A program made the position numbers and the translations under genes. 64,000 nt of DNA from Actinomycetota bacterium (GTDB lineage Bacteria; Actinomycetota; UBA4738; HRBIN12): the NCBI GenBank assembly GCA_036556805.1, contig DATBIS010000026.1, positions 31,382-95,381 of the forward strand, written 5' to 3'. Below, one piece after another: positions 46,501-54,909 of the stretch. The notes below the pieces were generated by a model. That model saw nothing but the letters and a program-made list of their open reading frames with translations. It was not told the origin of the DNA and made no database searches. Position 1 is the first letter of the stretch. Every line of letters begins with the position of its first letter.

Positions 46501-47778
46501 GTGAGCGAGCCCGCGAACGACGGCAGCGAAAGGGTTTCGCTCCTCCGCCGCCTCGCGATCGACACGACCCCGCTGCGCGTCTCGCGCCAGTTTCGGCTGG
46601 TATGGGGAGGGCTGCTCGTCTCGGCGACGGGCAGCCAATTCACGGTCGTCGCGGTCTTCGTCCAGGTCACGCGACTCACCGGATCGGAGGCGGCCGTGGG
46701 CCTCACCGGCCTCGTCTGGCTCGGCGGGCTGGTGGTCGGTTCGATCGTCGGCGGGACCATCCTCGATGCGTGGGACCGGCGCCGGACGCTGATCATGGCC
46801 CAGCTCGTGATCGCGGTGGGCGTGGGGACGCTGCTCGCCGGTTCGATCGCCGGCGACCCCCCGATCGGCGTGATCTATGCCGGTCTCGCGGTGATGGCCG
46901 CCGCGAGCGCGGTCGACGGGCCGACGCGGTCCGCGATGACGCCACGCCTGGTGGGCGCGGAGCTCATCCCGTCGGCGCAGGCCCTCAACCAGGTGATCTG
47001 GAACGGCGCCGGCATCGTCGGGCCGGCGATCGCCGGCCTCGCGATCCAGCGTTTCGGCGTCACGCTCGCGTACTCGGTCGACCTCGCGTCGGTGGGCGCG
47101 ATGCTGCTCGCGGCTCTTGCCTTGCACCCGATGCCGCCGGAGGAGCACGAGGAGAACGAGACCGGCCTTCGGGCCGTGCGCCAGGGCTTCGCATACGTGC
47201 GCCGCGCGCGACTGATCCAGGCGACGTTCGCGATCGACCTGGTCGCGATGGTGTTCGGCCTGCCGCGCGCGCTCTTCACCTTCCTCGCCGTCGAGCAGTT
47301 TGGTCGCGGCGTGGGCATCGTCGGGCTGCTGTTCTCCGCGCCAGCCGTGGGCGCGATGCTCGGGGCGCTCACGAGCGGTTGGACGAGATCCGTGCAGCGC
47401 CAGGGCCGGGCCGTCGCGATCGCCGTGTCGGCATGGGGCGTCGCGATCGTCGCCTTCGGGCTGGTGGGCGACCGGTTGTGGCTCGCGCTCGCGTTGCTCG
47501 CGATCGCGGGATGGGCCGACGTCATCAGCGCGATCTTCCGCAACACGATCCTGCAGCTGAGCGTCCCCGACCGCCTTCGGGGTCGGTTGTCGGGCATCCA
47601 CGTCCTCGTCGTGACCGGTGGGCCGCGACTCGGGGACTTCGAGGCCGGGCTCGTGGCTCGCCTCGTCTCGCCGGGGTTCAGCGTGGTGTCGGGCGGGCTC
47701 GCGTGCATCGTGGGCGCCGGCGCGGTCGCGCTCGCGTACCCGGAGCTCCGGCGCCAGCGCGCGAGCGCGCGCCCCTGA
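46501..47778 (+). CDS. MFS transporter (EntS/MFS_3-like exporter)
   Basis: ORF 46501..47778 (GTG). 12 predicted TM helices. N-terminal FRLVWGGLLVSATGSQF is typical of this MFS subgroup. Confidence 0.8.
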   Translation: MSEPANDGSERVSLLRRLAIDTTPLRVSRQFRLVWGGLLVSATGSQFTVVAVFVQVTRLTGSEAAVGLTGLVWLGGLVVGSIVGGTILDAWDRRRTLIMAQLVIAVGVGTLLAGSIAGDPPIGVIYAGLAVMAAASAVDGPTRSAMTPRLVGAELIPSAQALNQVIWNGAGIVGPAIAGLAIQRFGVTLAYSVDLASVGAMLLAALALHPMPPEEHEENETGLRAVRQGFAYVRRARLIQATFAIDLVAMVFGLPRALFTFLAVEQFGRGVGIVGLLFSAPAVGAMLGALTSGWTRSVQRQGRAVAIAVSAWGVAIVAFGLVGDRLWLALALLAIAGWADVISAIFRNTILQLSVPDRLRGRLSGIHVLVVTGGPRLGDFEAGLVARLVSPGFSVVSGGLACIVGAGAVALAYPELRRQRASARP

Positions 47779-47791
47779 GTACGCTTCGCGC

Positions 47792-49477
47792 ATGGCCGAC
47801 CCGGTCGAGCTGGTGGAGCTCCGCGTCCTCGACGGACCGAACCTCTACTTCCCCCGCCCCGCCGTGAAGGTGACGATCGCGGCGCCCGGCTGGATGCGCG
47901 CGCCGACCGAGAAGGTCGAAGAGGTCGCGCGGCGACTCGGGATGCGCGCGCGGCACGGGGGCGACCCGCAGTCCGAGCACCGCCGTCGCTTCACGGCGCG
48001 CGTCGCGAAACGGTTGGTCGGCCGGGGCGCGGCCGCGACCACGACGAGACTCGCCGTTCGTTCGCGGGCAGGTCCCCAGCCCGGCGAGATCGTGGTGGCG
48101 TTCCCCTGGCGGCGCCGCGGCTCGGCAGAGGCGCTCGGGCACGAGCTCGTGTGGCTGCTCGGCGCGGTGCTCCGGCGTTCGCCCGATCGCGCGATCACCG
48201 AGGCGGTCGGCCGGGTCGCCGCCGTCGATCCCGGCGAGGAGCCCACGGTGCCGGAGCCCGAGGTGCCGGTGATCCAGGTGACCGGCACGAACGGCAAGAC
48301 CACCACGACGCGGCTGCTCGCTCACATCGTGCGCGCCGCCGGCAAGCACGTGGCGTTCTCGTCGACCGACGGCGTGTATGCGGACGATGAGCTCGTGCAG
48401 GCGGGCGACTACTCGGGGTTCGGCGGCGCCGCCACGGCGCTCGCGCAATCGCCGGACGTCGCGGTGCTCGAGACGGCCCGAGGGGGGATCCTCCTGCGCG
48501 GGATCGGCGTCGCGCACAACGACGTCGCGGTCGTCACGAACGTCACCGAGGATCACCTGGACCTGCAGGGGATCCGCACGCTCGACCAGCTCGCCGAGGT
48601 GAAGGCGACGATCACGAAGATCACGCGGCCGGGCGGCTGGGCGGTGTTGAACGCCGACGATCCGCGCGTGCTCGCGATGCGCCGCGGGTGCTCCGGCCGA
48701 GTCTGGCTGTTCTCGCTCGACCCCGATCACCCCGCGATCCGCGAGGTGCTCGCGGAGGGCGGCCGCGCGATCGCGCCGCTCGACGGGTTCGTGACGGTGC
48801 TGGACGGATCGAGCGCTCGACAGCTGGTGGCGCTCGTCGACGTCCCGGTCACGATCGCCGGTGTCGCGAGCGTGTACGTCCAGAACGCGCTCGCCGCCAC
48901 CGCGGCCGCGCTCGCCGTGGGCCTGCCCGAGCGGGCGGTCGTCAAGGGGTTGCGGACGTTCGTGCTCGACCCCGAGCGGAACCCCGGCCGCGCGAACCTG
49001 TTCCGGCTCGAGCGTCGCACCGTGGTCGTGGACTACGCGCACAACGAGGCCGGCATGAACGGCCTCACCGAGCTCTGCCGCGGACTTCGCCCGCCGGGCG
49101 GCGAGATCTGGCTCGCGTTCGGCACCGCCGGCGATCGCACCGACCGCATCCTGCACAACTTCGCGGTGGCGGCCGCGCGCGGCGCCGACCACCTCGCGAT
49201 CGCCGAGCAGCTGCGCTACCTTCGCGGCCGCGATCGCGAGGAGCTGATCGAGCGGCTCCACGCCGGCGCGCGCGACGGCGGCGCACACGAGGTGCCGGTG
49301 TACGAGGACGAGCTGCACGCGCTCGACGCGATGCTCGAGGCTTCCAAGCCGGGCGACGTCGTGGCAGTCACCGCGCTCGCGCAGCGGCCCGAGGTCTTCG
49401 CGACGATGCAGCGGCTCGGCGCCGAGCGGCTCACACCGGGCAAGGTGCGCACCTTGGTGCGGCGCGCGGCGTCCTGA
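47792..49477 (+). CDS. Cyanophycin synthetase-like ligase lacking the ATP-grasp domain (CphA N-domain + Mur-ligase M-domain only)
   Basis: In frame with ORF 47618..49477; ATG at 47792. The N-terminal ~170 aa parallel the CphA N domain (LRVLDGPNLYFPRP, EIVVAFPWRRRGSAEALGHELVWLL). They run directly into the Mur-ligase P-loop VIQVTGTNGKTTTTRLLAHIV, followed by NVTEDHLD, DYAHNEAG and GTAGDRTD. Confidence 0.8.
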   Translation: MADPVELVELRVLDGPNLYFPRPAVKVTIAAPGWMRAPTEKVEEVARRLGMRARHGGDPQSEHRRRFTARVAKRLVGRGAAATTTRLAVRSRAGPQPGEIVVAFPWRRRGSAEALGHELVWLLGAVLRRSPDRAITEAVGRVAAVDPGEEPTVPEPEVPVIQVTGTNGKTTTTRLLAHIVRAAGKHVAFSSTDGVYADDELVQAGDYSGFGGAATALAQSPDVAVLETARGGILLRGIGVAHNDVAVVTNVTEDHLDLQGIRTLDQLAEVKATITKITRPGGWAVLNADDPRVLAMRRGCSGRVWLFSLDPDHPAIREVLAEGGRAIAPLDGFVTVLDGSSARQLVALVDVPVTIAGVASVYVQNALAATAAALAVGLPERAVVKGLRTFVLDPERNPGRANLFRLERRTVVVDYAHNEAGMNGLTELCRGLRPPGGEIWLAFGTAGDRTDRILHNFAVAAARGADHLAIAEQLRYLRGRDREELIERLHAGARDGGAHEVPVYEDELHALDAMLEASKPGDVVAVTALAQRPEVFATMQRLGAERLTPGKVRTLVRRAAS

Positions 49478-49478
49478 C

Positions 49479-49814
49479 TCAGCGAGCGGCGCTGCAGGTC
49501 ACGCACAGCACCGACCACGGACGGGCCTGGAGCCGTACCTCGGGGATCTCGTTCCCGCAGGAGTCGCACCGGCCGTAGGTGCCCTCGTCGAGCTTCGCGA
49601 GCGCGCGGTCGACGTCCTCGAGCATCGCGGCGAGCGCGGTCGCCGTCCCGACCTGGTTCAGCCGCTCGACGGCCTGCGTGGTCCCGTCCCCCACGCGCTT
49701 GCCGAACGAGACCGCCTCCATCGGATCCCGCGGGACCGCGGTGAGCACCGCGAGCTCGTCCGACACCTCGCGCCGACGCGTGTTGAGCGCCTCGAGGACC
49801 TCCTCGGGCCTCAC
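49479..49814 (-). CDS. DksA/TraR-family C4 zinc-finger protein
   Basis: C-terminal 111 aa of ORF 49479..51362. The GTG at 49814 overlaps the cphA stop (GTGA). Coiled-coil-like N-terminus, then CDSCGNEIPEVRLQARPWSVLCVTC (C-x2-C-x17-C-x2-C). Confidence 0.75.
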   Translation of the reverse strand: MRPEEVLEALNTRRREVSDELAVLTAVPRDPMEAVSFGKRVGDGTTQAVERLNQVGTATALAAMLEDVDRALAKLDEGTYGRCDSCGNEIPEVRLQARPWSVLCVTCSAAR

Positions 49815-52660
49815 GTGGGGTTCGCGCTGAGTTCGAGGAAGTCGGGGTCGCCGCCGACCGCCTCGACGTGCCCGTTCCCCTCGGCGGGCAGCAGCACCGC
49901 CGGCGACGCCATCCCGCGGCGGGCCTCGAGCTCCCTGTAGACCTCGGTGGCGTAGTCGACGCAGAGCACCACGATGTCGCCGGGCCGCGAGCGATCGAGC
50001 GCGCGGCGGGCGGCGTCCATCTCGTCCACCACGATCTCGGCGTAACCGGCGCGCGCCCCGCCGGCCTCCGCGGCCTGGTGAAGGCCCTCCATGATCAACA
50101 TCGCGGTCTCGCCGCGCTCGCGGCCGCGGTTGTTGCGGTCCTCTCGCACGATCACCTCGTCGAAGTAGCGCGCGGCCACCCGACCGAGCTCTCGCATGTC
50201 CTCGTCGCGCCGGTCGCCCGCCGTGGCGACCACGCCCACCCGCAGGTTGGCGCCGCCGCCGGCGGTGTCGGCGGTGAGCCGCTCGACGAAGTCGCCGAGC
50301 GTCTGCAGGCCCGCCGCATTGTGCGCGTAGTCGATCACCACGCGGACGCCGTCCAGGTCGAACACGTTCAGCCGCCCGGGCGCCTGATAGATCGACGTCG
50401 TGAACGTCCGCAGCCCCTGGCGGATGTCGTGCAGGTGCGCGCCGGCCGCGTGCGCGGCGCCGGCCGCGGCCATCGCGTTCTGCACCATCATGCGGGCCTT
50501 GCCCTCGAACGTGGCCGGCAGCGTGTGCACCCACGCGATCGGCGACGAGCGCCGCCCCTCGCGCAGCACGATCTTCTCGCCGAGCGGGCCGCGCTCGAGC
50601 ACGACCGCCTTGCCGCCGCGGCGCACCCATCGCTCGACGAGGTCGTTGCGGTCCTGCATCGTGAAGAGGATCACCGAGCCGCTGCACGCGCGGCGCATCT
50701 CGGCGACGAGCGCGTCGTCGGCATTCAGCACCGCCCAGCCGGTCTTCGGGACGGCCTCCACCACCACCTGCTTCACGGCCGCCAGCTGCTCGAGCGTCTC
50801 GATCTCGCGGAGCCCGAGGTGGTCGCCGGTGACGTTCAGCACCACCGCGACGTCGTTGCGCCCGTAGCCGAGCCCTTCGCGAAGGATCCCGCCGCGAGCG
50901 ACCTCGAACACCGCGAAGTCCACGCGCGGGTTCTGCAGCACCATCTGCGCGGACTTCGGCCCGCTCGCGTCCACGCGCCTCACGAGCCGCTCGTCGATGT
51001 ACACGCCGTCGGTGGACGTCATGCCGATCTTCCGACCCATCCCGCGAAGGATGTGCGCGATCATCCGGGTGGTCGTGGTCTTCCCGTTGGACCCGGTCAC
51101 GGCCACGATCGGGATGCGCGCCGGCGTGCCGGGCGGGAACAGCCCGTCGATGACGTCCTTCGCGACGTACTGCGGCTCGCCCTCGGTCGGGTGCGTGTGC
51201 ATGCGGAACCCGGGCGCCGCGTTCACCTCGACGATCGCGCCGCCGGTCTCGCGCACCGGCTGGCTGATGTCGGGCGCCAGGAAGTCGATGCCGGCGACGT
51301 CGAGGCCGACCACGCGCGCAGCCTCCTCCGCGATCTCGATGTTGTCCTCGTGCGCCTCCCACGTGCGGTCGATCGAGATACCGCCGGTGGACATGTTGCC
51401 GGTGGCAGCGAGCAGCACGCGCAGGTCCTTCGGCGGGACGTCGTCGGGCGTGAACCCCTGTGCGGCGAGGAGCTCCTCGGCCTTCTCGTCGAGCTTGATG
51501 CGCGTGAGGACCTTCTCGTGACCGATGCCGCGTCGCGGGTCGGCGTTCGTGATGTCGAGCAGCTTGCGGATCGTGCGCCTCCCGTCACCGACGACGTGGG
51601 CCGGCACGCGCTCGGCGATCGCCACCATCCGCCCGCCGACCACCAGCACGCGGTAGTCGTTGCCGACGACGTAGGACTCGACCACCACGTCGCCCCGCCG
51701 CGACTCCTCCTGCGAGCGATGGAAGTTGACCCGCACCGCCTCCTCGTCGCGGAGGTCGAGGCACACGCCGCGGCCGTGGTTCCCGTCGAGCGGCTTCGTC
51801 ACGACGGGGTAGCCGATGCGCTTCGCGGCGCCCACCGCTTCGTCCTCGGTGCGAACGACCTCGCTGCGCGGGACGGGGAGCCCGGCCGCCGCGAGCAGCT
51901 GGTTGGTCATCTTCTTGTCGCCTGCGATGTCGACCGCGAGCGCGGAGGTCTTCGACGTCATCGTCGCGCGGATGCGCTGCTGGTACTTGCCCCATCCGAG
52001 CTGCACGAGCGAGGCCTCGTTCAGCCGCATGTAGGGGATGTCGCGCGAGGCGGCCTCGTCGATCAGCGCCTGCGTCGACGGGCCGAACGCGCGCCGTTCG
52101 GCGAGGAGGATCAGCCGCTCGAGCTCCGCCCGGAAGTCGAAGCCGGGCTCCTTCTTCACGAGGTGGTTCACGAGCCGGACCGCGAGCTTGCCGGCCTCGG
52201 CCCCCACGCGCTCCTCCCAGTAGCCGTAGATGACGTGGTACTGGCCGGGCGCGCCGGCGCTGCGCGTCTTGCCGCGATAGACGTGCGCGCCCGACTCCTT
52301 CTGGAGCTCGAGTGCGACGTGCTCGGCGACGTGACCGAGCCACGTCCCGTCGGTGAGGCGCTCGCGGAAGCCGCCGCGCTTGCCGAGCGAGCAGGAGTGC
52401 TCGCCGACGCCCGGCAGCGCCGCGAGGAGCCCGTCGTTGAACCCCGGGATCGTGTTCGAAGGCCAGTCCTCGAGCGAGCCCAGGTCGACGAGCAGACGGA
52501 TGCACGGCTCGTAGGACCAGAAGTTGGGCCCGCGGAAGACCTGCGTCTGCAGGATCTTGAGGTCGGGCTTCGGGCGACCGGTCCTCTGCGCCGGGGCCTC
52601 GCCCCGCTTCGCCTGCTGCCGTTCGCCGCGTGACTTCTGTTTCGCCGGTCCCCGCGTCAC
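49811..52660 (-). CDS. cphA: Cyanophycin synthetase (N, ATP-grasp G and Mur-ligase M domains)
   Basis: Within ORF 49811..52888. The GTG at 52660 overlaps the cphB stop (GTGA). N domain ILQTQVFRGPNFWSYEP. ATP-grasp region (YPVVTKPLDGNHGRGV, GIDFL). M domain (VTGSNGKTTTTRM, NVTGDHLG, DYAHNAAG). Confidence 0.92.
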   Translation of the reverse strand: MTRGPAKQKSRGERQQAKRGEAPAQRTGRPKPDLKILQTQVFRGPNFWSYEPCIRLLVDLGSLEDWPSNTIPGFNDGLLAALPGVGEHSCSLGKRGGFRERLTDGTWLGHVAEHVALELQKESGAHVYRGKTRSAGAPGQYHVIYGYWEERVGAEAGKLAVRLVNHLVKKEPGFDFRAELERLILLAERRAFGPSTQALIDEAASRDIPYMRLNEASLVQLGWGKYQQRIRATMTSKTSALAVDIAGDKKMTNQLLAAAGLPVPRSEVVRTEDEAVGAAKRIGYPVVTKPLDGNHGRGVCLDLRDEEAVRVNFHRSQEESRRGDVVVESYVVGNDYRVLVVGGRMVAIAERVPAHVVGDGRRTIRKLLDITNADPRRGIGHEKVLTRIKLDEKAEELLAAQGFTPDDVPPKDLRVLLAATGNMSTGGISIDRTWEAHEDNIEIAEEAARVVGLDVAGIDFLAPDISQPVRETGGAIVEVNAAPGFRMHTHPTEGEPQYVAKDVIDGLFPPGTPARIPIVAVTGSNGKTTTTRMIAHILRGMGRKIGMTSTDGVYIDERLVRRVDASGPKSAQMVLQNPRVDFAVFEVARGGILREGLGYGRNDVAVVLNVTGDHLGLREIETLEQLAAVKQVVVEAVPKTGWAVLNADDALVAEMRRACSGSVILFTMQDRNDLVERWVRRGGKAVVLERGPLGEKIVLREGRRSSPIAWVHTLPATFEGKARMMVQNAMAAAGAAHAAGAHLHDIRQGLRTFTTSIYQAPGRLNVFDLDGVRVVIDYAHNAAGLQTLGDFVERLTADTAGGGANLRVGVVATAGDRRDEDMRELGRVAARYFDEVIVREDRNNRGRERGETAMLIMEGLHQAAEAGGARAGYAEIVVDEMDAARRALDRSRPGDIVVLCVDYATEVYRELEARRGMASPAVLLPAEGNGHVEAVGGDPDFLELSANPT

Positions 52661-53520
52661 TCCGAGGCCTCCCGCTCCTGGAGGGCGCTCGGTCCCGCGA
52701 GCAGCTCCCGAGAGCGGAGGTCGAACCAGTATCCGGAAGGGAGCGAGTGCAGGACGGCGCCCGACACCATGAGCGGACGATAGCCCTTTCCGCGGTAGGC
52801 GTCGGACCGGACGTGCCGGCCGTCGACGATCGTGACGGCGCCCTTGCCGATGACCTGCAGCGACTGATCGGCGTGGACGACCGCGCACGTGTCCTCGTCG
52901 ACGCCCATGCCGAGCAGCGCCGGCGACTGCGCGACGAGCGCAAGCAGGCGCCCGATCCGCCCGCGCTGCTCGAAGTGCTGGTCGATCACGATGCCCTGCA
53001 AGATGCCGAGGCCCGCAGAGAGCTGCACCATCCGGTTCTTCGGCGTCGTGCCCGACTGCCCGAACGCGACCATGTGGGAGGCCATCGCGCTCGCGCCGGC
53101 CGACGTGCCGGCAAGCACGGCGCCGCGGTCGTGCGCGTTCGCGAGCGCGTCGCCGAGCCGCGTCCCGCCGACGACCTGGGTAAGCCTCGACTGGTTGCCG
53201 CCGGTGAGGAACACACCGCTGGCCTCGCGCACGAGCTCGGCGGCGGACGGCGCGTCCGCCTCCTCGCGCTCCTCCGGACGGAGCCCGCTCACCCTTCCGA
53301 TCCCGAGGCCGGTCAGGAGCTCGACGTAGGTCTGGGTGGCCACGTCCCCGAGCGCCGACGCCGTGGAGACCACGACGACGTGTCCCTCCTCGCCGCCCGC
53401 GAGCTTCGCGAACCGGGCGAGGATGTGCTTGTCGCGAAGCTTGTCCTCCGCGCCCCCGATCACCATGACCGGGCCGGCGGTCGCGATGCCGGCGAGGCGC
53501 GGCGTGCGTGGTTCGCTCAT
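52657..53520 (-). CDS. cphB: Cyanophycinase (peptidase S51)
   Basis: ORF 52657..53580; start chosen at the ATG at 53520 (MSEPRTPRLAG). VMVIGGAEDK, FLTGGNQSRL, nucleophile region LAGTSAGAS, IDQHFEQRGR. Confidence 0.88.
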   Translation of the reverse strand: MSEPRTPRLAGIATAGPVMVIGGAEDKLRDKHILARFAKLAGGEEGHVVVVSTASALGDVATQTYVELLTGLGIGRVSGLRPEEREEADAPSAAELVREASGVFLTGGNQSRLTQVVGGTRLGDALANAHDRGAVLAGTSAGASAMASHMVAFGQSGTTPKNRMVQLSAGLGILQGIVIDQHFEQRGRIGRLLALVAQSPALLGMGVDEDTCAVVHADQSLQVIGKGAVTIVDGRHVRSDAYRGKGYRPLMVSGAVLHSLPSGYWFDLRSRELLAGPSALQEREASE

Positions 53521-53610
53521 CGGGTCAGTGTAGTCCGGGGACCTGGCGGTTTTGTCGTCGATCCCGTCCATCATCGGCACACGCCACGTCGCATTGAGCG
53601 AGCGGCCCGC

Positions 53611-53883
53611 CTATCGCTGCGATGGGGCGCTGCCGAGCGGGCGAAGGACGAGCTGATCGTGCGGTTCGACCACGTCGACGAGTCCCTCGAGGCCCTGTTC
53701 GACGAACAGCGTGAACCCCTCTTGTTCGCTCACGGCGTCCGTGGGCTCGGCCTCGTCCGTGAGCTCGAAGCGGACCCCCGCGCCGGCCCTGGCGACGCGC
53801 ACGCGCGCGTCCGGGTTGAAGCGACGCGCCGCTCGGTCGGCCTTCCCGAGAATCTCGATCGCCCAATCAGTGAACTCGATCAC
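53611..53883 (-). CDS. HesB-like / Fe-S cluster biosynthesis family protein lacking the Cys ligands
   Basis: Within ORF 53611..53970; GTG at 53883 (VIEFTDWAIEILGKA...VRVARAGAGVRFELTDE...GFTLFVEQGL). HesB-like fold pattern but no CxC motif. Start uncertain. Confidence 0.5.
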   Translation of the reverse strand: MIEFTDWAIEILGKADRAARRFNPDARVRVARAGAGVRFELTDEAEPTDAVSEQEGFTLFVEQGLEGLVDVVEPHDQLVLRPLGSAPSQR

Positions 53884-53914
53884 GCGACGGATCGTACGCG
53901 CCGGAGGCGCGCGA

Positions 53915-54046
53915 TCACCCCCGGCGAGGGAGGAGCTCCTGCCAGTCGCGGCCGTCGCGCGAGTCGACACCCCAGACGCCGAGGCCCACGCCGCAGAGCA
54001 GGACGAGGATCGCGATCAGCAGCACGGCGCCGACGAGCGAGGTCAT
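53915..54046 (-). CDS. Tiny (43 aa) single-TM protein, below ORF-track cutoff
   Basis: My translation: MTSLVGAVLLIAILVLLCGVGLGVWGVDSRDGRDWQELLPRRG. GAGGTG lies 6 nt upstream of the ATG. The ATG overlaps the stop of another 59-aa ORF (ATGA). Confidence 0.3.
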   Translation of the reverse strand: MTSLVGAVLLIAILVLLCGVGLGVWGVDSRDGRDWQELLPRRG

Positions 54047-54321
54047 GTGCGCACCTCGATTCGGCCGGCGTTCGCAGGGGCGGAGCTCCGCCACCTCGTG
54101 CTCAGGAGCGCCAGCCCGGCCGACCGACGTGCGCGCCTGCGTCCGATGGAGCGTCGCCCCGCCTCATCGCGCCGATCCTCGATCCGCGACCTCGCGACCT
54201 CGTTCAGCACCATGGGGTGCATCCGCCATCACCTCTTTCGTAACCGACATCGCGAAGTATGCCGGTTTCGCCGTAACCAGTCAAGTGGTAATCGCCGGTT
54301 TCATGAGGTAGACTGCGCCAC

Positions 54322-54909
54322 GTGGAACGTCCCGAGCACGGTCACGACCCGACCATCGCCCCGGCCGCCCCGGGGGACCTCGAGCTCGTCCGCGGCTTCC
54401 TCTCGCTGCACGAACACGCCGGCGACCGCCTGCACAGCCTGCCGCCGTCGACCTCCACCCTCGAATGGTGGTTCCGCTCGCACGGGCTGCTCCGCGACGG
54501 CGAACCGGCCCCCGAGGACGACCTCGCGTGGGCGGCGACCATCCAGGACGACCTTCGCGGGAAGGTCACCCGCGACGGGGAGCACCCCGTCGACCGCGGG
54601 TCGGCCGAGCGCCTGAACGAGGCCGCCCGCGAGTCCGGGATCGAGATCCGGTTCGCGGAGGGCGGGGGGTCCGGGTTCGAGTCGCGAGCGACCGGCATCC
54701 GTGGCGCGATCGGCCGCCTGCTCGGCATCGCGTTCCTCGCCGAGCTCGACGGCACGTGGTCGAACCTGAAGACCTGCGGCAGCCATGCATGCAGGTCGGT
54801 GTTCTACGACCGGTCGAAGAACCGCTCGGGCAAGTGGTGCTCGATGCAAACGTGCGGCAACCGGGCGAAGGTCCGCGCGTTCCGCGAGCGCAACCCGACG
54901 GGCTCGTGA
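54322..54909 (+). CDS. CGNR zinc-finger (ABATE-domain) protein
   Basis: ORF 54322..54909 (GTG). C-terminal CGSHACRSVFYDRSKNRSGKWCSMQTCGNRAKV matches the zf-CGNR signature. Confidence 0.8.
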   Translation: MERPEHGHDPTIAPAAPGDLELVRGFLSLHEHAGDRLHSLPPSTSTLEWWFRSHGLLRDGEPAPEDDLAWAATIQDDLRGKVTRDGEHPVDRGSAERLNEAARESGIEIRFAEGGGSGFESRATGIRGAIGRLLGIAFLAELDGTWSNLKTCGSHACRSVFYDRSKNRSGKWCSMQTCGNRAKVRAFRERNPTGS

